DNA from: Nitrospirota bacterium
Lineage (GTDB): Bacteria > Nitrospirota > UBA9217
Length of the DNA: 64,000 nt
Assembly (NCBI GenBank): GCA_963751455.1
Contig: CAVVUN010000015.1
Location: 864,001-928,000 of the forward strand
Direction of reading: 5' to 3'
The position numbers were made by a program, and so were the translations under genes. Under the pieces are notes generated by a model. That model had not been told where the DNA came from, searched no databases, and saw only the letters and a program-made list of their open reading frames with translations. Positions 11,175 through 19,882 of the stretch are shown here, in pieces. Every line of letters starts with the position of its first letter. Positions within the stretch are counted from its first letter, which is position 1.

Positions 11175-12063
11175 TCGGATAGACTTTGAGGAAACTCAAA
11201 AACTCTTTCGCGGTGTGAGTGCAGTAGTTACGCTTCGGCGAGATGATGCTGAAGTTTCTGTGGAACTTGACGTCCTTGAATACGGCTGCTTTCAAAACGC
11301 CGTGCTTGATAGCCTGGCGCGCGGCCCAGGCCGATACGATCGAGACGCCCATGCCTTCCTCGACCGCGCTCTTGATCGCCTCGGTGCTGCCCAGTACCAG
11401 CGCAATCTTGAGGTTGTCCAGCTTGATGCCGTGGTCCTCGAGGTGCTTCAGGATTATCTGGCGCGTGCCGGAGCCTTCCTCCCTCAGGATGATGGGCTCC
11501 TTGGTCAGCTCGATTCCCGGGATGTTTCTTCGCTCAGTCCAGGGATGGGCGGGGGACATAATGATCACGAGCTCGTCGGAGAGAAGCGTCTCCACGGTAA
11601 AACGCTGTTTGCTGACGTCGCCTTCGACGAGCGCAATATCGATTTCGCCGGCGTTCAACTTCTCGGTGATGGTCTTGGTATTGCTCACGACAAGGGAGAC
11701 GTTGACCTGGGGAACTTTCCTTTTGAAAGAAGTGATGATCGAAGGGAGAAGGTAATTGCCGATCGTGGAACTTGCGCCGATCGAGACGGACCCCTTGATC
11801 GCGCCCGTTATCTCGCTGATGTTTTTCTGCGCCTCCGCGTACAGCGCCAGGATTTCCTTGGCCCTCTTGTAGAGAATTTCACCGGCCGGCGTCAGGTTGA
11901 TGCTGTTGCCGGACCGGTCGAACAAACGCGTTTCATACAGCTCTTCCATGGCCTGCACCTGGAGGCTGACCGCGGGCTGTGTCAGATGGATCAATTCCGA
12001 CGCCTTGGAGAAACTTTTCGTTTCCGCAACAGCGCAGAAAACTCTCAGTTTATGATCTTCCAT
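11155..12063 (-). CDS. LysR family transcriptional regulator (CysL-like)
   Basis: SFSKASELIHLTQPAVSLQV HTH; GASSTIGNYLLP; REEGSGTR. Confidence 0.93.
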   Translation of the reverse strand: MEDHKLRVFCAVAETKSFSKASELIHLTQPAVSLQVQAMEELYETRLFDRSGNSINLTPAGEILYKRAKEILALYAEAQKNISEITGAIKGSVSIGASSTIGNYLLPSIITSFKRKVPQVNVSLVVSNTKTITEKLNAGEIDIALVEGDVSKQRFTVETLLSDELVIIMSPAHPWTERRNIPGIELTKEPIILREEGSGTRQIILKHLEDHGIKLDNLKIALVLGSTEAIKSAVEEGMGVSIVSAWAARQAIKHGVLKAAVFKDVKFHRNFSIISPKRNYCTHTAKEFLSFLKVYPIKAPIS

Positions 12064-12209
12064 ATATTTCCATATTCGTGAACCGCTTTTCGCTTGGATT
12101 GGACTGCGGTATGGCTGTGAATGGCTGAATGCTTATAACGATATCAGAATTACTTATAAATCAATCCCGTGCGCTTGTCAAGAAGTTTGTCGTCCGGAGC
12201 CTCTTTTAG

Positions 12210-12244
12210 CGTTACGAAACTACCCGGTCGTTACGAAACTACCC
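12210..12244. repeat. 16-bp direct repeat, two copies
   Basis: cgttacgaaactaccc at 12210-12225 and 12229-12244. Confidence 0.8.
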
Positions 12245-12260
12245 CGAATCAGACTGAAAA

Positions 12261-13685
12261 CTACTCAATCAACGTCTTTACATACTCCAGGGCTTCATTC
12301 CTGTCTTTGAGCAGCGCCGCTGCCTGACGCTCTTTCACGGCATCCAGGATGTCCCGGAACCGGGGACCCGGTTTCAGGCCGAATTCAATCAGATCCTGCC
12401 CGCTAATGAAAGGTTTGTCTTCTGTTTTGAGAAACTGCTCGTAGTAATACTGCAACACTGTCGCCATCGGCTTTTCCGTGTCCTTAAATTTCCCTCGCGG
12501 CATGACCTGATAGGTCGCGCGGGCATCTGCTTGCGCAAGGATAAGACTTTCAGGTAGAGCCTCTTTCATGTCTCGGCAATAGCGGTACATTGCGCTCCTG
12601 GTCGGTCCTCCCGGGCTCGAAAGGTTAAAGAGGCGCATGTGCTGTTTGATAATCAAGCTGACCGTTTTTTCGGTATCCCGTGAAAGCCGGAAACGACGGC
12701 ATGTTTCCTTCGCTTTCTCCGCGCCGATATTGTCATGACCGTAAAAATGGATATGCCCCTCTGCGTCCACGGAAAACGTTTCCGGCTTTGCGATATCGTG
12801 CAGCAGACAGGCGAAGCGGAGAGCTGCCCTGCGAGGCACCAGGAACTCGAGGTGCCGGCCGAGATGTTCATCTACGAGATACGAATAGGCAGGGGAAAGC
12901 GCGGTCAAGTCGTCCAGCACGCTGTCGACATATCCGGCGGCCATTATGGAATGGGTCTTTACATCGTATGCATGATGTTCACCGGGCGCAAATCCGGTCA
13001 GTGCATCAAGCTCCGGCAGGAGACGCGATAAGAGGCCAAGATTGTCCATAAGATGCAGATGACTATCGCAGCCGCGAACGGACAGGATTTGAAAAAACTC
13101 ATCCCTGATGCGCTCCGGTGATGGTTCCGTAAGGCGGCTAGCCCGTGCTTTGATCTGCTCCCTGGTTGTTTCGTCTATGGCAAACCCGAGCGAAGCCGAG
13201 AAGCGCACGGCGCGAAGAAGCCGCAGAGGATCGTCATCGAGCACTTCCGGCTTCACCATGCGGATTATTTTCCGCTGCACATCCTCCCGGCCGTGAAACA
13301 GATCGATGATTTTTCCAAGCGAGCGGTCCCTGATAAAGTCCCGAAGCTCAAGGGCCATTGCGTTGATCGTGAAGTCCCTGCGGCCCAGGTCCGCGGCAAG
13401 GTCTCGCGCCTCGAAGTTCGTAAAGTCGAATTGAATTGTCCCATTGTCTGTTTGCCTTACGACGCGCGTGATTTTCCGATCCTCATCCAGGAAGAAGAAG
13501 CTTCCCCCGATCCTGTCCGCAAACGTGCGGGCCACAGACTCAGAACCCGACGGCATTACAATATCGATATCCCCGGCTATCTGATTCGTAATCAGCAGGT
13601 CGCGGACAGAACCTCCGACGAGGTAGACCGGTTGAGAAGCGATTGACAGAAGTTCCGAAAGATATGTTAGTGAGGCTGAATTCAT
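12261..13685 (-). CDS. tRNA nucleotidyltransferase / poly(A) polymerase family protein with HD domain
   Basis: VGGSVRD, DID, DLGRRDFTINAMA, DDPLRLLRAVRF, LLHDIAKP. Confidence 0.92.
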   Translation of the reverse strand: MNSASLTYLSELLSIASQPVYLVGGSVRDLLITNQIAGDIDIVMPSGSESVARTFADRIGGSFFFLDEDRKITRVVRQTDNGTIQFDFTNFEARDLAADLGRRDFTINAMALELRDFIRDRSLGKIIDLFHGREDVQRKIIRMVKPEVLDDDPLRLLRAVRFSASLGFAIDETTREQIKARASRLTEPSPERIRDEFFQILSVRGCDSHLHLMDNLGLLSRLLPELDALTGFAPGEHHAYDVKTHSIMAAGYVDSVLDDLTALSPAYSYLVDEHLGRHLEFLVPRRAALRFACLLHDIAKPETFSVDAEGHIHFYGHDNIGAEKAKETCRRFRLSRDTEKTVSLIIKQHMRLFNLSSPGGPTRSAMYRYCRDMKEALPESLILAQADARATYQVMPRGKFKDTEKPMATVLQYYYEQFLKTEDKPFISGQDLIEFGLKPGPRFRDILDAVKERQAAALLKDRNEALEYVKTLIE

Positions 13686-13860
13686 AAAAAAGGTTTGTTT
13701 CTTTTGCGCCTTTGCGCGTGACCGCCTTTGAATTTTTACTGTTCTTGTGCGGCCTTGCGCGGAAATGCTTTTTGGTCCTGTTTTGATACTAACAGAAAGC
13801 TCAGAAACACGTCAAACGAAAATTAAGACCCCTCACGATGAGCCTCAACCTGTTTTATTC

Positions 13861-13890
13861 TTGACAATAATGTTTATTTTGCCTGATAAT
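13861..13890 (+). promoter_or_regulatory. sigma70-type promoter facing the accessory island
   Basis: TTGACA-N18-GATAAT. Confidence 0.6.
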
Positions 13891-14081
13891 CGTTTCGTAC
13901 CCGAAACACGAGCCTTGGCCGAGCCCATAGACTGGGATAATCCGGCCGAATTCCAGTTTATCTAAGATGTGGTTGTCGCTCATCACTCTTTTCTGAGTGC
14001 ATAGGGACATTATTAAAAATCAGTTACTTACGGGGTGAGTGTCGCTTAATAACAATAACATGGTTGGGTATGTGAGAAAAC

Positions 14082-15571
14082 ATGACAGAGATATACTTTT
14101 CAGATTACTTTTCCTTGTCCCCAGAAGTAATGAAGGCATATGGAGCTTTCGATGTTTCGCTCGTAAACGATCTGCCTCTCTCGTTGATCCATTTCTCTTA
14201 TTCAATAGCGAAAACGAGACCTATCAACAACTTCACAACGAAATTATCGAATACATGAGATTTCTAAAAGAAGTTTCTTTGGCAGGTGAAGTGCCAGACC
14301 CGCTGGTGAGGGAATGGTTTACGTTTCCCGAGGTTAAGCAGAACTGGCTTGGATTGAGCAGGGCGGGGAATGAGGGCCGCGGCCTTGGAATGGATTTCGC
14401 TAGAGCCCTGCACCGAAATCTGAATAACGTATTCCGCGACTTTGGAGAGGAAGTAGTTACCCGGAGCAGCCATCTTGAGAAACTATGTCTTATAAGGGAC
14501 GGGGTCGGTCGAGACAATTTAAGCGATTTCACGACAAATCTAATTAAAAACTACTTGGCGAATTACACGCAGAAATTTGCCCTTAAATACCTGCATAGTT
14601 CTCAGCGCAGGCGCGTCGCCCTTAGAAAAGTGAGATTCAACTATGATACTCATTCATGGACTACAGAGTCGTTCGAGCTGCCTTATCACCACTTCGAGCT
14701 ACCGGCACCCCATGATGATTTTATTCTGCTCACACCGAAGGACATACTCACAAAAGATGAGGCATGGATAAACCGCCCAGAGCTTCTCGACCGCTTTCCA
14801 GAGATAGCAAATGCCCTGCCCGATGCTACGCTTCGTGCTCAGGTAAACGACTATCTTGTGAGAACAATTCCGCGTGGCGCGAAGGTGACAAGAAAAGAAG
14901 TGCGAGAGGCCGTTGGCAGAGCGGTGGAAAGTTTTCCGCAGATCCTTGATTATTACATTCGCGAGAAGGAAGACAGCGGGGATCAAGCTGTTTCATATGC
15001 GGAGGCGCGGGTACGAGAAGTCGAACACATTTTCATTAGTCAAGTGCGTTCGTTGGTATCTCAATTCCTTGATCCGGGTGGTTTCTACCGGCTTCCGTAC
15101 AATACTCACGAAGAGGCGTACAGGAGACTGATGTTCTTAAAAGATGTCATCGAAAACAAAGGCGGCCATAAACTCTTCTATGTTAATGGTGTACCGCTTG
15201 AGAGAGAGGCTGATTTACAGATATTGTACAGGCTAACCTGGTACGCAACCCCATCAGATGTCACAAGGGAGGCCAACGATGGACGCGGACCAGCAGATTT
15301 CAAAGTCTCTCGTGGAGCGGCTGATAAGACCATTCTAGAATTCAAGCTAGCAAAGAATACACAGCTGGAAAGAAATCTTGAGAAGCAGTGCAAGATATAT
15401 GAGGCAGCAAGCGATACTACCCATCCGTCCATTAAGGCCATACTATATTTTGATGACGCGGAATACCGTAAAGTTCAGCGGATACTGAAACGCCTTAAAC
15501 TCGAAAGTGACCCCAATATTGTGCTTATCGATGCCTGTGATTACAACAAGCCGTCGGGGTCAAATGCGTGA
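14082..15571 (+). CDS. uncharacterised about 500-aa protein with C-terminal PD-(D/E)XK-like motif; apparent 1-nt deletion near 14181
   Basis: ATG 14082 gives MTEIYFSDYF..AYGAFDVSLVNDLPL, continuing as VDPFLLFNS in the long ORF; C-terminal E..GRGPADF..ILEFK. Confidence 0.7.
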
Positions 15572-15678
15572 TTTTTGGGGACGGCGGTTCTCTGAGTGCC
15601 TTGCGCTTGACAGCTCTGAAGGATTTGGAGCGGGTTAGAAAAGGGACTTATTCTAGACTCATTATAAGGACCATAATA

Positions 15679-16236
15679 ATGAACGATCATGAAATGACCG
15701 TCGCTAATGAACTTGCAAAGCATGGATTGCGCTGCGAACCTTTTACAAAAACCGAGATGGCCGAGCGAAAAACGCCAGACTTTAAGGTGTTTCGGGGCAA
15801 CGAGTTTGTATTCTTTTGTGAGGTTAAAGAGATAGCCGCGGACCCCTGGCTAGAAGGACTTCGCTCAGATCCTATATTCAATCGTCTTGCCGACGATAGA
15901 CATACAGCCGTCAAGCAATTCGACTCAGTCAATCAAGACCTCCAGTATCCGAATGTCCTTGCCTTTGTAAACAACGACCACATGTGTGGATCATTGGACA
16001 TGATAGGTGTGCTTACAGGTCACCTTCTGTTAGAAGGAGGCGGATCAGCTGGGATCTACCGCAAATATGCAGAAGGCAGAATACAAAAAGAAAAGAATCG
16101 CGTAAATTTTTACTTGTGGTTCGATTCTTTCAAGGCGAATAAAGTGCTATTCAACACAACTGATTCACGGCATCTCAGCCAGCTCTGTGAATGCTTTGGC
16201 GTTAAACCGGAGACCATAGAAACGATTCGTTTATAA
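15679..16236 (+). CDS. small PD-(D/E)XK-like nuclease-fold protein
   Basis: KTPDFKV..FCEVK motif; ATG 15679 follows AAGGA; stop codon overlaps an attC-like site. Confidence 0.65.
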   Translation: MNDHEMTVANELAKHGLRCEPFTKTEMAERKTPDFKVFRGNEFVFFCEVKEIAADPWLEGLRSDPIFNRLADDRHTAVKQFDSVNQDLQYPNVLAFVNNDHMCGSLDMIGVLTGHLLLEGGGSAGIYRKYAEGRIQKEKNRVNFYLWFDSFKANKVLFNTTDSRHLSQLCECFGVKPETIETIRL

Positions 16237-16287
16237 CAAATTATTCCAGCGGCCTTGAGGACTCGGCGGTTAATTTCCATGTTGGCA
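16231..16287 (+). mobile_element. degenerate attC-like site
   Basis: TTATAAC..TTCCAGCGG..CGGCGGTTAA..GTTGGCA, 57 bp, starting at the upstream stop codon and ending just before the next gene. Confidence 0.55.
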
Positions 16288-16305
16288 GAATAAAAAGAGT
16301 AAAAA

Positions 16306-16857
16306 ATGATAGGCATTATTTTATCCATAATATTTCCCGGTCTCGGTCAGTTTTATTACGGAAAAAATTGGCGGGCTATCACCATGCTGATACTCGGTAT
16401 TACGCCTCTTTATCCTATAGCGCTAGTTTGGAGTGTTATTGATATTATTCAACTTAACAAGAAAGGTGAAGTACCAAAATTTGAAAGGAAAGAAGCCATC
16501 TGGGGAGTGGTTATTCTGCTCGTGGTTATACCTATCTGTTTTTTCCTATTATTCTATGGTTCACTTTCCATATTTGAATGGTATTCAGAAAAATACATTA
16601 TGCCGAGAGTCGCAATGGAAGAGGGTAATGTGATTGTGAGAGCTTTGAATAACTATAAAAAAGAAAAAGAACATTACCCTGATAATCTTCAAACAATAAT
16701 CAGCGATAATCCCATTCGCGCAAGTTGGGGATCTGATGTTTGGGAACAAGCGTATCATTATGAAGTCAGTGATGACAAGCAATTCTTCAAGCTGATATCA
16801 AAAGGAAAAGATAAAACGCTCGGTACGGAAGATGACATTATTTTTAAACAATTATGA
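16306..16857 (+). CDS. membrane protein with C-terminal GspG-like domain
   Basis: IFPGLGQFY TM motif; ALNNYKK..YPDNL..DVWEQAYHY..LISKGKDKTLGTEDDI resembles the pseudopilin globular domain. Confidence 0.7.
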   Translation: MIGIILSIIFPGLGQFYYGKNWRAITMLILGITPLYPIALVWSVIDIIQLNKKGEVPKFERKEAIWGVVILLVVIPICFFLLFYGSLSIFEWYSEKYIMPRVAMEEGNVIVRALNNYKKEKEHYPDNLQTIISDNPIRASWGSDVWEQAYHYEVSDDKQFFKLISKGKDKTLGTEDDIIFKQL

Positions 16858-16878
16858 TATCGAAAATGGGGATACAAA

Positions 16879-17505
16879 ATGAAATTCATCGAATATCGCG
16901 GTCCGTTTCACCTTCTTATCCCTCAATATGATGAGATAGTTCTATTTACCATGAGCTTTACCTGCGTACTTCTTCTAATCACGGGTATTCTATCTTATAA
17001 CGATGAAATTCAATTTGTTTCTCCCAGGGAATATGATCCTCGAATAATTGCCGCAACCATCATCTTCATCGCCGGTCTAGTATTATCCTTATACCATGCA
17101 TTCGTTGATCGCCCCAAAACAAGGCTGGAAAAATCTTTTATGTTGTTATTTGCTGTGTTAGTAAACGCGTTCAGCGGATTCATGGCAAGTGGATACAATC
17201 TTACCAATGCGAGCAGTTGGCTTATGGTATTCCCAATTTTGAACATGATTAATAGCGTTATACTTCTTTTCATGTGGCGAGCAAGAGTTCTGGATGAATC
17301 GAGCATCAGCGATCAAAACGCACGAAGAGGTCAGGTCATGCTTGCAGCGGCAATCGTTTTAATACTGTATTATTTGTGTCACTTTATTTACGGACTTATA
17401 TGGATACAGACCCTGTCCATCTGCCTTGTCTATTCGATTAATTTTATTAGGTTGATCGAATCACTGATTTTCCGGCCCGTGCCGGCAAGAGACAGTGCAC
17501 AATAG
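16879..17505 (+). CDS. hypothetical multi-pass membrane protein
   Basis: 208-aa ORF with about six hydrophobic segments, low GC. Confidence 0.7.
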   Translation: MKFIEYRGPFHLLIPQYDEIVLFTMSFTCVLLLITGILSYNDEIQFVSPREYDPRIIAATIIFIAGLVLSLYHAFVDRPKTRLEKSFMLLFAVLVNAFSGFMASGYNLTNASSWLMVFPILNMINSVILLFMWRARVLDESSISDQNARRGQVMLAAAIVLILYYLCHFIYGLIWIQTLSICLVYSINFIRLIESLIFRPVPARDSAQ

Positions 17506-18011
17506 CGAGATTTATTCTATTTAGGGGGTCGGACCAAGATAACCATCTGAAATGCATCGGAAATGGTATGAGAAATGGCCCGATTGGCGGTTTTAGAATG
17601 CTATTTTTGACAGGCAAATAGACGCTTTAAGTTGAACCTGACGCAGTCGCTATGTCTTTGAAGATCATTTTGGGGCATGTAAATGACAATCAAAACTTCA
17701 GAACATCGAGTTGTCCACATGTAAATTAACGTGGTCCGACCCGGAATCAGTACGGCATTGGCTGAAATGCACGTCATGTTGGCGTGAGTACATCCGGGAT
17801 AGCGAGGGGCGGTCAAACGGTTGTTTATGAGGAAAAAATAAAGAGGGAAACGAATAGTCCATTTCGGTCACCCCCAAAGGTTCCCGGCCCCGGAGGACAC
17901 CCGCGAGATCGAGGGAAATCTCCATTTTCCCCTGACTTTCCTTATTATGGATGTCCCCTTTTTCTGCAGCTCGTTGCGTGGGTAATCTAAAGGTAAGTAT
18001 GAGGAGGTGAA

Positions 18012-19433
18012 ATGTTCACATTGTTAGCCAAACTCACTGCTTGTTCCATGGTCGCGGCTTTATTGCTCGGTTGCCCAGGGAAGGGTTCAAAAGCAAACAA
18101 ACAATCATCTAACGAAAAATTACAACACGATGGTTTGGATTGGATATCTGATCCAATTGGAGAGCGTTTGCTTTTGTCTTCAAATAAAAACGCTTTTATT
18201 GGTGGGGAAAAAGTTCGGATATTAGTAACTAAGAATAGTAAGCAATTTATCAGTGGTTCAAGTCGACGTGAGCAGCTTCCAGTGTCTGGCGTATTGGTGC
18301 GTCTGGCTGATCAAGAGGCGAAAACAGACGCTAGTGGTGTCGTGATCTTTGATGCTCCTGTTAATGAATTCCCAACGACCTATCGCGTTGGGGCTTACAA
18401 AGACGGCTATGCATTTTTAGATAGTTTTTCCCTAAACGGGGAACTGAGATACGCTCCGGGTTATTTGGCTGTCACTGTTCTGTTGCCGGCCCATGCTTCG
18501 TTTTCATTACCTCCTGATGTAGAAGACCGGCTGTCTCGCATTCGAATTCTTGACACGACTTGGCTTAGCGATATTGAGAAAAAAGCTCTCCTACAGAAAT
18601 TGGAGGGGACAGACATAGAGATTGATGAAGATAGTGGATGGGATGAAGAGGACATACTAGAGGATTTAAGTGACGCAGGCTGGGACGATATCTGGGTCTT
18701 TCATGGGCATTCCAATGGAATGGCCATGGGAGATGACGATGATAACGCGGTGACCGGTGATGAGATGTGCGAAGCCTTGCGCAAAGATAACGATCCGCCG
18801 TCAATTATCGTTCTTTCTGGTTGTGCGACGTCGAGATTGGCTGGACAGCTCTGCGCATGTGGTGCAAAGATAGTGATTGGATACTCTGAGACCTGTTACA
18901 TAAAAAATGCATCATCAGCCACTGAGCAATTTCTTGAGGCATTGTTAGACGGAAAGACCTTGAGTGAGGGCGTAATGGCGGCGTCGGGTGAACTGAACGG
19001 TTCTTCCGGGCCTGGTACGGCAACAATCTGTCAAGGTGGAGGTTCGAACATCAATGTCGATTCTAGTAAATTGGGGGATGCACTTTACAGAAAACCAACC
19101 ATTACAAAGTTGTTAGAATTCATAATGCATGCAAGCCAAGACGGCAAGGCATACGAAACGCTCGCGAAGGCAAAGTTGACCGATATAGATGGAAATAATT
19201 TGGCAGGAAAATCAATCGCGTTTTTCGTGGACTGCGAACTAGGTCGTAGTTTGAATACTTATGCCATCGAAGTCGACGCGGTGGATACAGATGGTCAAGG
19301 CTTGGCGACAAGTAAATTATGGCGCATTGCACAACTAAACAATCAATCTTTGGTCTGCAAAATGGATGCGTCGTTTCGAGGTGATGCTGAATACAAAGCA
19401 TCCATGATAAGTGATAGTAAATATATTCACTAG
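18012..19433 (+). CDS. lipoprotein with caspase/CHAT-like peptidase domain and Ig-like segments
   Basis: GAGGAGG RBS; lipobox LLGC; WVFHGHS and IVLSGC resemble a clan CD His-Cys dyad. Confidence 0.65.
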   Translation: MFTLLAKLTACSMVAALLLGCPGKGSKANKQSSNEKLQHDGLDWISDPIGERLLLSSNKNAFIGGEKVRILVTKNSKQFISGSSRREQLPVSGVLVRLADQEAKTDASGVVIFDAPVNEFPTTYRVGAYKDGYAFLDSFSLNGELRYAPGYLAVTVLLPAHASFSLPPDVEDRLSRIRILDTTWLSDIEKKALLQKLEGTDIEIDEDSGWDEEDILEDLSDAGWDDIWVFHGHSNGMAMGDDDDNAVTGDEMCEALRKDNDPPSIIVLSGCATSRLAGQLCACGAKIVIGYSETCYIKNASSATEQFLEALLDGKTLSEGVMAASGELNGSSGPGTATICQGGGSNINVDSSKLGDALYRKPTITKLLEFIMHASQDGKAYETLAKAKLTDIDGNNLAGKSIAFFVDCELGRSLNTYAIEVDAVDTDGQGLATSKLWRIAQLNNQSLVCKMDASFRGDAEYKASMISDSKYIH

Positions 19434-19476
19434 CTTAATCGCTCAACCCGACACGCGGGTTAGCTCTTCGTTAGTC
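19428..19476 (+). mobile_element. attC-like site (short)
   Basis: CACTAGC..GCTCAACCCG acacg CGGGTTAGC..GTTAGTC; left arm pairs with right arm except one extra C; GTT core at 19470. Confidence 0.7.
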
Positions 19477-19492
19477 TGCACTATCTTTTCAT

Positions 19493-19834
19493 ATGAAAAA
19501 ACCAGACCTGAAATCACAAGCAGTCATGAACGTCGACAAGGGCGAGTCGATTGAGGGTATGTGGGCCACGCCGCAGATACCAGAGATCGGCGTATATAAG
19601 CTCGTGGCAAAGAAGCGTGTTGACGGTATGTATGAGTGGGTGCATTTCCAGCACCGGCCTGACGGCACGCGGAAGGTGCTCTTCCGGGGCGAGGTGGAAT
19701 CGAAGGAGCGCCTGGCCATTGTGCTTGAAGCGTCGAACAAGCAGCTTCAAAACATCTTTGGAGTTACCATGTTGTTCGCAGATGTAAGCATGAAGACACT
19801 TGACGGCCGGAGCACGGATAACAAGGTGCATTAA
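19493..19834 (+). CDS. hypothetical protein (cassette-like)
   Basis: 113-aa ORF bracketed by an attC-like site and a half site. Confidence 0.7.
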   Translation: MKKPDLKSQAVMNVDKGESIEGMWATPQIPEIGVYKLVAKKRVDGMYEWVHFQHRPDGTRKVLFRGEVESKERLAIVLEASNKQLQNIFGVTMLFADVSMKTLDGRSTDNKVH

Positions 19835-19882
19835 GGCGGCTTAATTAGGGGCGGTTAGCCGCGCCTTCACTTGTCGCTTTTT

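Larger units (their letters stand above)
13861..19861 (+). mobile_element. integron-cassette-like accessory island (CALIN-like, no integrase in window)
   Basis: Six co-oriented AT-richer orphan genes, attC-like sites at 16231-16287 and 19428-19476, half sites near 17975-18000 and 19837-19861, GTTGGGT core at 14063. Confidence 0.6.

Noticed and set aside
13690-14080. Integron integrase upstream of the island
   Set aside because: No tyrosine recombinase ORF; the divergent gene is a CCA-type nucleotidyltransferase
14039-14180. ORF-track N-terminus MSLNNNN.. of the 510-aa protein
   Set aside because: The alternative frame from ATG 14082 gives a more protein-like sequence that joins at one missing base
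17601-17990. Short ORFs in the island gap
   Set aside because: No RBS or convincing motifs; treated as remnant DNA
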